From positions 186,001 through 250,000 of the IMG/VR virus record IMGVR_UViG_3300027896_005002: DNA of 64,000 nucleotides; one strand, given 5' to 3'. The translations under genes were made by a program, and so were the position numbers. How positions within the stretch are numbered: position 1 is the stretch's first letter; every line of letters starts with the position of its first letter. Below the pieces are notes generated by a model. That model made no database searches. It saw only the letters and a program-made list of their open reading frames with translations, and was not told the origin of the DNA. Shown one piece after another: positions 49,076 through 58,691 of this stretch.

Positions 49076-49336
49076 TTATATTCTTTCTACAACACAAACC
49101 TTGCGAAAAATACCTTTATAATCAAGACGAGTACGTATTGGCTGTTGCATTGCTCTTGCAAGTTTCATTCGACCTGCTGATGTTTTTAAAAGATCACCAA
49201 TTATTTTTTCTTTTTCAGCAGCTGTTAATATTTTTGATTTTGTTGGTTTAAAAAGTGATGGAGCGACTGCAACTGCTACCGTACCATAAATAGCAAATCT
49301 TAAAAAACTTCGACGACTAATCTTCTTATCATTCAT
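49076..49336 (-). CDS. Small Tat-signal protein with capsid-N-terminus-like segment
   Basis: ISRRSFLR + hydrophobic stretch, then KEKIIGDLLKTSAGRMKLARAMQQPIRTRLDYKGIFRK. Confidence 0.55.
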   Translation of the reverse strand: MNDKKISRRSFLRFAIYGTVAVAVAPSLFKPTKSKILTAAEKEKIIGDLLKTSAGRMKLARAMQQPIRTRLDYKGIFRKVCVVERI

Positions 49337-49346
49337 AAACAATCCT

Positions 49347-50051
49347 TTAAAAATCTGTTTTTACTGGAGCAATTATCTCTTCATGTGGATCATATTGATC
49401 GGGAACTTGCTTCGTATACCTTTGACTCCAACCTTGACTAATACACCATTCAACTGCTTCTTCTAAAGAAATTACATTTGGTTTATTTCCGTCAATTATC
49501 CAATTTTTCGGTAATGAAAAACTATTAGTTTGACTTTGTAACCAAATATGAAAAGCAATTCCATATTGAATACAAACTTCTTTATTACTATTAATTTTCC
49601 CAATACCAAGATCAGCTAACAAATTCTCAATACCATAATCCAAACCTTTACGGTGTTGACTTCGCATCCACATCTTAGCTTTAAACTGTAATTCTTCATC
49701 ATCATCTAAAGCAGGACATCGAAAAACACCAACAATATGATTACCAAGATTATCTAATCCATATTCTTCTGTCAAAATAAAATTATTGTTTCCACGATTA
49801 GACGTTCCAACTGCATAAGGCCATGTCATTTCTGAACAAACAATATTACCAGACGATGTTGTCTCTTGAACTAAAATTGTATGAGATGGTATTTTAGGAT
49901 TTGCCACAGCTTCTAAACCAGCAATAAGATTCTTTTTGCGTTCAGCTTCTTCAGCACCACGAATGATTGCTGAAATAAGACTGAAAGTTTCTGTACCAAA
50001 CATCCATGTTCCTGATATTGTCAAATTAGTAAAATCAAATACTGTTTTCAT
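49347..50051 (-). CDS. Permuted papain-like NlpC/P60 (YiiX/YaeF-like) protein
   Basis: His before Cys: IPSHT...GLDYG...KEVC; likely start MKTVFDF at 50051. Confidence 0.5.
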   Translation of the reverse strand: MKTVFDFTNLTISGTWMFGTETFSLISAIIRGAEEAERKKNLIAGLEAVANPKIPSHTILVQETTSSGNIVCSEMTWPYAVGTSNRGNNNFILTEEYGLDNLGNHIVGVFRCPALDDDEELQFKAKMWMRSQHRKGLDYGIENLLADLGIGKINSNKEVCIQYGIAFHIWLQSQTNSFSLPKNWIIDGNKPNVISLEEAVEWCISQGWSQRYTKQVPDQYDPHEEIIAPVKTDF

Positions 50052-50052
50052 A

Positions 50053-50631
50053 TTACATCCTTTTGTCACAAAAAGATTTATTTGATTCAGTACATTCTTG
50101 ACATTTTGCAGGTTCTGCTTCACAAACATTTAATTCAATATCATTTGTAAATGGAATTAGCCAATTTTTACCTTTAAACCAACTCATTAGTTGAGTCGGC
50201 GTAATTGCCCAATCTTTTGTACGTATATTCCATTCTTGAGGAATTTCAAATAATTTCGTTTCATCAGATAACCATTGTAAGTATAAAGATACAAATCGTG
50301 AACAGCAAAATTCTGAAAAATCTGATATAGCATTATAAAATTTGTACATTTCTAAAACATTAAATGGTATACTCAAAATAAAAGCCTGCTGAAGATATTG
50401 CATTATTTTATCTTGTATATCTTCAATAAATGGAGGTTTTGCTACAAATACAAAATCATTTGATGCAATTTTACTAATATCCAATTTGTTCATCTTTTGT
50501 GTCAATTCGATTCCCAATAATCCTGATTTATCTTTAATTGTTATAAAACAATGAGTCGGCACTTTAGTTATTGAATTTGTTACCCCAACAATTATACCTA
50601 CTTTTGAAAATATATCATAATCGATTATCAT
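50053..50631 (-). CDS. Permuted papain-like NlpC/P60 protein (tandem paralog)
   Basis: VPTHCF...IPFN...EFCCSRFV...ITPTQL. Confidence 0.5.
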   Translation of the reverse strand: MIIDYDIFSKVGIIVGVTNSITKVPTHCFITIKDKSGLLGIELTQKMNKLDISKIASNDFVFVAKPPFIEDIQDKIMQYLQQAFILSIPFNVLEMYKFYNAISDFSEFCCSRFVSLYLQWLSDETKLFEIPQEWNIRTKDWAITPTQLMSWFKGKNWLIPFTNDIELNVCEAEPAKCQECTESNKSFCDKRM

Positions 50632-51365
50632 TTTTTCTCCAATTGTTTTTGATGTGCAATTGCGACACCTATCGAATCTGCTATGTCGTCATTAATTCCA
50701 GTTTCGGTATAAATATCAATGCTAATTTTATCAAAAGCATCTGATATGCCTTTTTTATCATTTTTTTTATTTGCTATTAATTTCTCCTGTAATGATTTTA
50801 TTTTCTGTTCTATAATGAAAATTTCATTATTAGGTAATTTATTTTTGTTAGCTTTTTTCAACTGTTTTTTTGAATCTTTTATTTCATGTTTAATACTATC
50901 TCCTGAATTTTGTATCATTTCTTTTGCTTCATCAATTCTCTTTTTATAAATAGAAAATTTTTCAAATGATAATTTATTATATTTTTTACAAATTGAATTT
51001 TGAACCTCAGCTTTCTTCGAACTACCGGTACAACCATCAATTGCAGATTTCCAACGAGATGGTTCATAAAGTTCAGGTTCTTTTTGCATACATCTATATG
51101 CCTCTATTATTGCTATCCCATTAAATCTTGCAAGCAATTTTAAAACACTTACACTTCGAACCTGGACAACATCCTCAATAGCTATTTCATCTGGTTGTTT
51201 GTCATCAATAATTTTTCTGAGTTCACCTTGAAACAAATACATTTTTTGTGCATTTGTCATAGTCTTACCAGATGGCATAATTTTTCCATACACAAGCAAT
51301 TTATTATCTTCAATTATGCTCCACCCTGTGCTACGCGACGAGATGTCTACACCCATTATTTTCAT
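50628..51365 (-). CDS. ruvC: RuvC Holliday junction resolvase with coiled-coil insertion
   Basis: MGVDISSRSTGW, IAIED, P..WK...G...K, DDIADSIGVA. Confidence 0.82.
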   Translation of the reverse strand: MKIMGVDISSRSTGWSIIEDNKLLVYGKIMPSGKTMTNAQKMYLFQGELRKIIDDKQPDEIAIEDVVQVRSVSVLKLLARFNGIAIIEAYRCMQKEPELYEPSRWKSAIDGCTGSSKKAEVQNSICKKYNKLSFEKFSIYKKRIDEAKEMIQNSGDSIKHEIKDSKKQLKKANKNKLPNNEIFIIEQKIKSLQEKLIANKKNDKKGISDAFDKISIDIYTETGINDDIADSIGVAIAHQKQLEKK

Positions 51366-52251
51366 TTAATAAACCCTTTCTTATTGCCCAAGCTCTTTTT
51401 AATGAAGCACTTCTTTTTTCAAGTGATTCTTTTGAAAATATTTGTAATCTTCTTTTTTCTTTTATTTTTGCTCTTACTTCTTCTGATAAATGTTTACCTT
51501 TATTAAATCTAGCATGATTTTTACTTATTTTAGCTTTTGCTTCATTTGTATGATGTCTACCTTTATTAGCTAAACTTATTGCATTTTTTGTTTCCTCAGA
51601 ACATTGTATACCTTTATTCCATGGTTGACCACCATTTTTCAACCATTCATTTCTTGCGTGCCTTAAACTCTCTATATGCTGTTCATTTAAAGGTTTACCA
51701 AGTTTTGAAACGCTCATTTTGTGTTTAAGTTCTTCAGATAATGGCTTTCCTTTATGAACTTCACTTAACAATGCTTTAGTTTCCATTGTCACAGGATTAT
51801 TTTTATAATATTCTTTTAAAGTATTTCTTATTCGTTCTTTTGTTTCATCTGAAAGTATTGCACCTTCACCACCATCTTTTATATTAGTTAATGGTCCATC
51901 ATTTGCTTTTCGACCAATTTTACTTATAATCAACTGTTCCAAATCAAAAGCTTCTTTTTCATTCAAATTCTCTTTTACTTTGATTATAATTGGATTTTTA
52001 TGTGATTCATCTTGTATTTTCAGAATTTTGTTAAGCACAAATGAATTTCTTATTCTTCTTCTTATTTTATTTAACTTATATTTTTTTGCAAGTTTTAAAT
52101 GAGAAAATAGTCGTTGTTTCTTTCCTTTACCAATATAAAATGGTTCAAAATCAAATTGATATTCATTATACGTGAATTTACCGGGTTTTCTAGGATCTAA
52201 ATAAGCATACACATAAAATCTTTTATCTTCAAGAAGTAATAAGTTACTCAT
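51331..52251 (-). mobile_element. Free-standing GIY-YIG homing endonuclease with NUMOD3 repeats
   Basis: FYVYAYLDPR...PFYIGKG..R..H, LTN..DGGEG, repeated GK.LSEE.K.K.S. Confidence 0.82.
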
Positions 52252-52290
52252 TTTTATCCTTTGGTAAGTTACTCATTTTTATCCTTTGGT
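52241..52290. repeat. Exact 25-bp tandem duplication covering RBS and start of the endonuclease gene
   Basis: aagttactcatttttatcctttggt x2. Confidence 0.9.
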
Positions 52291-52418
52291 TTAATTTTTC
52301 TTTCTTTGTTCCAATAAGGACTATGACAGTCTGCACATACTGTAGGTTCTTTTTTTGAAAACCATTGATAAGTACATCTTTTGCATGTATATAAAGTTCG
52401 AATCTTCTTTGTATCCAT
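52269..52418 (-). CDS. Small Zn-ribbon protein (49 aa, not in ORF track)
   Basis: MDTKKIRTLYTCKRCTYQWFSKKEPTVCADCHSPYWNKERK... Confidence 0.6.
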   Translation of the reverse strand: MDTKKIRTLYTCKRCTYQWFSKKEPTVCADCHSPYWNKERKIKPKDKNE

Positions 52419-52429
52419 ATTTATACTGT

Positions 52430-52458
52430 ATTATAAAAATTGTATTACAAAATGTAAA
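52430..52458 (-). promoter_or_regulatory. Sigma-70-like promoter
   Basis: TTTACA-N17-TATAAT on minus strand, just upstream of the Zn-ribbon ORF. Confidence 0.6.
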
Positions 52459-52533
52459 ATTAATGAAGATTTCAGTAAATAATTAACCAGTTAGTCTTTC
52501 ACATCTCTATAATTTTTTTAAAAAGGATTTTTT

Positions 52534-53031
52534 ATGACAATAGTTAATGTTATCAATTTTATTGAAGATGATTATCCTAAAGCAGATAACCATTTTCCAA
52601 AAGAAATGCCACAAATTTTAAAACAAAAAATTAACACGTTCAAATTAATTAAAGATGTTAACAAAAAACTATTAGATTACCTTAAAATATACTTTCAAAA
52701 AGAAGGATTTGAAGGATTTAACATTGCAGAAATAGATAGCAGTATTACAATAGATTTTTGTAAAAATATTTTTGAACTCAAAATCGAACCTTATTCTATT
52801 AAAAATAGTATAAGACAACAACAAAATGATAATATTTTTGCTAAAATTAATGTAACTAATCAGAAACAACAGTTAGCAACTTTTATTCTTGATTATCGAC
52901 CAATAAAGGCTGAAGATCATAATGTGCTAGTAATGTTTTATAATGATATTAATTTGGAACAAAATTCACCACAGTCTACATTTTTTGCCACTGAGCTTAT
53001 CAATATTTTCATAAAATATTACAATAAATAA
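52534..53031 (+). CDS. Hypothetical protein
   Basis: AAGGA RBS; followed by hairpin taatgaga/tctcatta and T-run at 53039-53068. Confidence 0.55.
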   Translation: MTIVNVINFIEDDYPKADNHFPKEMPQILKQKINTFKLIKDVNKKLLDYLKIYFQKEGFEGFNIAEIDSSITIDFCKNIFELKIEPYSIKNSIRQQQNDNIFAKINVTNQKQQLATFILDYRPIKAEDHNVLVMFYNDINLEQNSPQSTFFATELINIFIKYYNK

Positions 53032-53066
53032 AGCATTGTAATGAGAATACTCTCATTATTCTTTTT

Positions 53067-53489
53067 TTATTTCCATTTAGGTGATTTGTGATACATTGTC
53101 TCATAGTCATGAACTAAGAAATCTACAATTTTATTAGCTTCATCATTTGTGATATCTTTTATGTGCTGAGATTCTTCTTGCAATCGTTTTACTTCATCTT
53201 TAACAATCTTTATAGCATCTTGTTTGTTTTTAGATAGATAAATAGATGTAGGAATATGTTCATAATCAGGAGCATTTGTAAAAGTATCAATTATTTCATG
53301 AATATCTTTCGACAAACCTTTATTACTTTCAGGATGTAGTTGTTTTTCTGTACCAATTATATGTTCCCAATATCTAATAGCACCTTGATCTCTTCTTTTA
53401 CGTGCTTGTTGTAGCATTTCTTCTGCATGACCTTTTTGTCGTTTAGCATTTTTTATAAATTCACACTGAATTTGTACAATATGTTTCAT
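53067..53489 (-). CDS. Leader-family protein (module A only)
   Basis: MKHIVQIQCEFIKNA. Confidence 0.65.
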   Translation of the reverse strand: MKHIVQIQCEFIKNAKRQKGHAEEMLQQARKRRDQGAIRYWEHIIGTEKQLHPESNKGLSKDIHEIIDTFTNAPDYEHIPTSIYLSKNKQDAIKIVKDEVKRLQEESQHIKDITNDEANKIVDFLVHDYETMYHKSPKWK

Positions 53490-53603
53490 ATTCTCTCCTT
53501 TTGTATGTATAAAATTATAAAATTAAAAGAATATTGAAATAATCAAGTATGATTGATCGTTTAGATGAAACAGATGGTCAAAAAGTGGCAGTTATATTAC
53601 TTC

Positions 53604-53637
53604 AAAAAAATGAGACCATTTTCAGTCTCATTTTTTT
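53604..53637. terminator. Bidirectional intrinsic terminator
   Basis: A7-tgagac...gtctca-T7. Confidence 0.7.
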
Positions 53638-53659
53638 ACTTTTAGTAAGAAGTTTACTT

Positions 53660-55261
53660 TTAGTAAGTTTTGCCATTTGGATATAAATTGTGGTAGTCAT
53701 TTTTGATGAATTGTTTGACAAAGTCTCGTATTAAATCACCTCTATTATAACCAAGTTCTGAAAAAAGTTTGTCGTCAGTCCAACATTTATTGGGATCCAT
53801 ATATGGAATTAAAGCTGTATCGTGAGTATCTATATGACCATTTACTTTTAATAAATATAGACAAAATCTTACAAAATCAGTTTGAAAATATGTAATGTAG
53901 TTATCTCGCATTTGTTGAGTGATAAATTGTAGAATTGTTTTGCCACCAGTTTTTTTTCTTATTCCTTTTGATACGTTTACATTTTTTGGTAGTAAAGCTT
54001 TATGATAACAATGAACAATTTTTGCAAATTGAATATGATATTGTTTGGGATCAGCTTCAGAATAACTTATAAGATTATCGTCAATACTACCATGTTCTGA
54101 GCAGTAATTTTTAATATTTTCAAAGAAATGTTTAACAAATGATGTCCAATTTATTCCAAATATAGTAACATCATCAAGAGAAGACACCTCCCACATTTTG
54201 TCTGCTTCAAATACTTTAATTTTTGAATATTGAGAATTCATATTAATAGTTGTAATTATTGCCGGAATGCCGAATAGATCAATATCGAAAATTTCATTTG
54301 CATTAGGTAGTAATATTAAATCTGAAATATGTTTTTCAAATATGTTACGAAAAATTTTATATGTAGGATCAATTCTTTTTCGATCTATTGCCCAAGTTGA
54401 AGGATGAACGCAAATTATTTTTTTGATGAGAGAATATTTGTGAAGGGTTAAAATAATTTTTAAATCTTTGCCACGAGTATAAGGTGGATTTGTGAGGATA
54501 AGATCTGGTGCAGTTTTTATTTTCATTTTAATATCTTCTATAATTTTTTCTACGTTATTTTTCCAATTTTCTTTACTATAAAACCAAGATATTGTATTTG
54601 GAAAATAAGCTCGAGCAATTAATAATTTTTTTGGACTATCTGTTATAAAATATTTAGTATTACGATTTAGAAATTCAATATTAAATAAAACTAAAATATT
54701 TTTGGTATTTTTTGGTATTTTTATTTTATTACTTATTTCATTTGGTGTAAACTGTTCTTGTAAACCGTCTTTTATTATATAATTTATATAATATTCAATT
54801 TCTTCGTGCATATTTACATGTTTATTGTTATTTGTAAAATTTGGAATATTAGAGTGATTGTTTAGTTGAATGGGTTTAAATAGAGATTTTATTTGTGTAA
54901 GAGTATAACCTCGAAATTTTAAAACATCAAATAATTCTGATTTTAGTTTAGACCATTCATAATTTGAAAATCTTCTTGCTCTTGCTTTTTGTTGTTTAGT
55001 ACTTTTTCCTTTTAATTTAATCATTTTTTGTGCTTTTTTGTACTTGATTTTTTTTATTTCTGATTCTTCATCATTTATTATTTCATCAGTATAGATTGGA
55101 TCATTGATTTGAGATGGAATTGTCATTTGTTCATGTACAGGAGGATAATGTAATGCAGTTTGTAGTTGATCAATTTCTTCGTTTTTATTTTGAATTATTT
55201 TGCTTTGATGTCGTATTATTTTCCTAAGCGCACTTAAAGTTATAGACATTGTTTCTCCCAC
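53660..55261 (-). CDS. N6-adenine DNA methyltransferase-like protein (NPPY + TRD-like region, Eco57I-like)
   Basis: ILTNPPY, VHPSTW; no clear motif I. Confidence 0.65.
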   Translation of the reverse strand: MGETMSITLSALRKIIRHQSKIIQNKNEEIDQLQTALHYPPVHEQMTIPSQINDPIYTDEIINDEESEIKKIKYKKAQKMIKLKGKSTKQQKARARRFSNYEWSKLKSELFDVLKFRGYTLTQIKSLFKPIQLNNHSNIPNFTNNNKHVNMHEEIEYYINYIIKDGLQEQFTPNEISNKIKIPKNTKNILVLFNIEFLNRNTKYFITDSPKKLLIARAYFPNTISWFYSKENWKNNVEKIIEDIKMKIKTAPDLILTNPPYTRGKDLKIILTLHKYSLIKKIICVHPSTWAIDRKRIDPTYKIFRNIFEKHISDLILLPNANEIFDIDLFGIPAIITTINMNSQYSKIKVFEADKMWEVSSLDDVTIFGINWTSFVKHFFENIKNYCSEHGSIDDNLISYSEADPKQYHIQFAKIVHCYHKALLPKNVNVSKGIRKKTGGKTILQFITQQMRDNYITYFQTDFVRFCLYLLKVNGHIDTHDTALIPYMDPNKCWTDDKLFSELGYNRGDLIRDFVKQFIKNDYHNLYPNGKTY

Positions 55262-55313
55262 CGTTAAGTTTTTTATTTATTTGTGAAGTCAAATCCCTAT
55301 GCTCCTATTATTG

Positions 55314-56174
55314 TTATATTAATCTTTCAATTGTACGTTGTCCGCGACATTCACATGAATACATTTTATGACAAATAGTTCCATCTCGTGAGACTGTTAA
55401 TGTTCTAAATCCAATAGCATAATTAGCTTCATTTTTTTCATTATTACCTGTTAATCTTGTTAAATCACCACAGGGCAAACAAAGACAAGGACATTTTATA
55501 AAATCAAATACACTATTCATATATTGCTTTTGATATGTTTCACCTTTATGCCAATGTCCACTAAAAATAATATTTGGTGCAATTTCTCTATTTGTTGCCT
55601 GTTTGATTAAATTACCTTCAATATTTTTTTCGGCTGAACCAGTAATTTTATGCCACGCACGGATAACATGATTGAAAATTGCAAAATCTACTGGTTTTTG
55701 ACAAAAGTTTAGATTTACTTTGAATCCTTCTCGTTCTAGAGCAGCATAACATTCACGTTCTACATCAATTACATCGGCCATAGTAACATGAAATCTACTA
55801 CCCAAACAACCATAAAAAGTAGCCCCTTTTTTTATTGGAAGAAATTTTATTACATTAATAAATAATTTTACAAGTTCCATATTTTGAGCATTTGGATGAA
55901 CAGTATTTTGTGCATTTCTTTTATGTGGAAGATCAATTAATTCTCCTAATAAAATTACTGCATCAAATTCCATATTACATTTACCAATTTGTTCCATAAA
56001 TTTGTCCCATAATTTACGGCGTATTGGATATGTTTGTTTTGAAAAATCATTGACACAACTTCCAGGATTTGGTATAATATCATCTTGCGGTGTCAACAAT
56101 CCACCAATATGATTAGAATGTGAATCAGACAAAATAAGAACGTTTGCTTGATTTTGTACACTTTTCTGTTTCAT
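55314..56174 (-). CDS. Calcineurin-like metallophosphoesterase
   Basis: LSDSH, LGELID, GSRFH, AWH, SGHWH. Confidence 0.72.
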   Translation of the reverse strand: MKQKSVQNQANVLILSDSHSNHIGGLLTPQDDIIPNPGSCVNDFSKQTYPIRRKLWDKFMEQIGKCNMEFDAVILLGELIDLPHKRNAQNTVHPNAQNMELVKLFINVIKFLPIKKGATFYGCLGSRFHVTMADVIDVERECYAALEREGFKVNLNFCQKPVDFAIFNHVIRAWHKITGSAEKNIEGNLIKQATNREIAPNIIFSGHWHKGETYQKQYMNSVFDFIKCPCLCLPCGDLTRLTGNNEKNEANYAIGFRTLTVSRDGTICHKMYSCECRGQRTIERLI

Positions 56175-56238
56175 TTATTCCTCCTAAAGTTTAATTTATG
56201 ATTCCTATTAGAATTATCATGTAAAACAGCATAGCTGG

Positions 56239-56312
56239 CCACATTAAAACGACAATACGACAAAACGAAATTTTTCGTTTTGTCGTATTGTATTATGTTC
56301 GTCTAAATGTGG
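56239..56312. repeat. Long palindrome (19-bp perfect arms, 2-nt centre, extended outer stem)
   Basis: acaatacgacaaaacgaaa-tt-tttcgttttgtcgtattgt at 56252-56291; ccacatt/aatgtgg outside. Confidence 0.85.
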
Positions 56313-56352
56313 TAGTGAAAAATGATGATGGGAGTTATAAAAATATCATAGA

Positions 56353-57147
56353 TTAGAATACTTCGTTCAACTTACGAAGTAAATCTTTTTCAAACATGTT
56401 AGCATTAGCAGTGATAGATGATTTTTTTTTATTATATTCAGAGAAAAATACGTAGACAAGTTTAGTAATGTTGTTCCATATCTTATTATTTTCATTCCAA
56501 TACCATATACCTCGTTCTGCATCATCTGAAAGTTTTCCAATTTCACAAATATCACCAATTAGTAATCGTATGTTAGTACCAAAAATGTATAAAAGCTTAA
56601 AACAAGAGCTTAATTGTATTTCTGAAAATAAATGATAATTTGATAATACTTTTAAAATATCTAAATCTTCACCTAGATAATGATATCGTCTACGGAGCAT
56701 CCTTACTGTAAATTGTCCATAACCTGCACATAAATCATGAGTTGTTAATTCAGGTTTTTTCCATTCATCTTCAGATATTTGATCAAGCATTTCGTCAACA
56801 AGCCATAAAGGTGTAAAAACTTCACCATGTTTATCAGATTTTTCTTTATTTGTAATAACTTGTAAATGATGTTCTTTAGAAATAGGAATTAGAGAAAGAT
56901 CACCCTTAAGATTGGCAACTTCTAAAAATCTAGATTCCATCTGACACAATAACTGTTCTTGAATCTTATTCTTACAAACACCATCACCATCAATTTTATC
57001 ATCATCTACTACTTCTTCAGTATTTTCTATTATATTATAATGATGTTTCTTAATAAAATCTTCTGTTGCTTTTCTAGAACAAATAATTTCTTTCTCACTT
57101 ACTTTATCAAACCCATTAAAAGAAAAAACTTTAGTCATACTTAACAT
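56353..57147 (-). CDS. DNA methyltransferase SAM-binding half (motifs X and I)
   Basis: HGEVFTPLWLVDEML, DLCAGYGQF, FSEI; no NPPY/DPPY. Confidence 0.65.
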   Translation of the reverse strand: MLSMTKVFSFNGFDKVSEKEIICSRKATEDFIKKHHYNIIENTEEVVDDDKIDGDGVCKNKIQEQLLCQMESRFLEVANLKGDLSLIPISKEHHLQVITNKEKSDKHGEVFTPLWLVDEMLDQISEDEWKKPELTTHDLCAGYGQFTVRMLRRRYHYLGEDLDILKVLSNYHLFSEIQLSSCFKLLYIFGTNIRLLIGDICEIGKLSDDAERGIWYWNENNKIWNNITKLVYVFFSEYNKKKSSITANANMFEKDLLRKLNEVF

Positions 57148-58691
57148 CTTTCATCTATATGAACATTTATACTTCCTTCATGTTTCATTTTTGAATTTTT
57201 AACATCTTTAAAATGTTCAGAAAGTTGATAATGAATATCATCAATATCTTTTGCCCAAATTGTTAAATCCGCTGAAAAATTATATTTAACATTTCTTTCA
57301 ATTGGATCTTTTGATGCTTCATTTAACATGTTGTTTTCTCCAAAATTTTTAATGCAATAAGTTCTTCATATGATATAAATTTCTCATGTAAACAATCATT
57401 TTTTATCAAACCAATTAACCCAAATGCCGGGAGATACTGAAGGTATATATTGATGATATTTAACTACAGTAACTTTGACACCAATATAATCAATAACTAT
57501 ACCGAGTTCAATTTCTGATGTAATTTTTTTACATCTGTATAGTAATTGTTCTTGTATAAGTTCTGTTATAGGTTGTCGTTTTGGTTGTATTTTAAAGAAT
57601 TTCATAATTTACTTCCGCAAATAGGACAATTATAGTCTACTGTTAGCCTTGATAAACGTAATAAATCCATCATTTTTTAGCAGACTCGCAACACGTTTTA
57701 GTTGCAGCGTCAGGATGTCCAGTAATATAAGTCCGAACTTCTGCAATTGCTTCATGATATGATATACCAACATGATCATCTACTAAACTTTGTAAAGTTG
57801 CCAAAGCTATGTATCATATATACCTTTTTTATAAACAGATTAAATATGCAGATTATTCAGCAACGATCCCTTTACCTCACAATCAATATCTTCATATAAC
57901 TCAATTAATGACAAATAAGTTTTTGGCACATCTTTTAAGTCTTCATCATCATCGTCACTATCATCATCTTCAAATTCATCTTCGTCTTTTTCATTACTTA
58001 ACAATTGTGACTCATTACAATTTGGACATGAAAGTTCTGAATTTACTTCACCAGACATATTTACTATAGAATATCCATGACCAGGTACTTTAATAATAAT
58101 TGCTGTATAGCCTTCACCATTACCTTTTGGTTGAACAGCAATAACAGTGCCTGATCCGAAATTTTCTTCCAATTCAACTTCAATATCATTCACTCTTGAC
58201 TCTAAATCTTTCAATTCTGAAAGTAATTCTTTTAATTCACTCATGTTGTTTTGCCTTCTTTCATATATATGTGAGGTTCAATACGTAAAGGTCCCATTTC
58301 CAATGCAGCATGAAATTCAAGTTGTTTACCATCTTTTAAATCAATGACTATTGAATCTATTTCATTAAAACTTTTATTATGAAAAGTGTAAGTCACTGAA
58401 ATAATATCGTTTTTATTTATACATCTACCAACTTTAGTCGATATTAATTTTAATGGATTCTTTTGTGTCATATTCAATCTTCCATTACTTTAAAATGTTT
58501 ATCAAATAATATTTTTCCTAAAGCAGTACCTTTTTCTGTACGAAAAATATCACCATTCTTCAAATTTTTACGATCATAATTTTTGATTTCATTTACAATA
58601 AGTATTACATTACTATCAAAAGAAGCAGTCTCAAATTCAACAAATGAGCCAATCTGATATTCATCTATAGATTCAATACATGTTGCAAGTT

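Noticed and set aside
57602-57817. Possible frameshifted small Cys-rich gene
   Set aside because: Fragments in different frames with no recognisable family; cannot support a call
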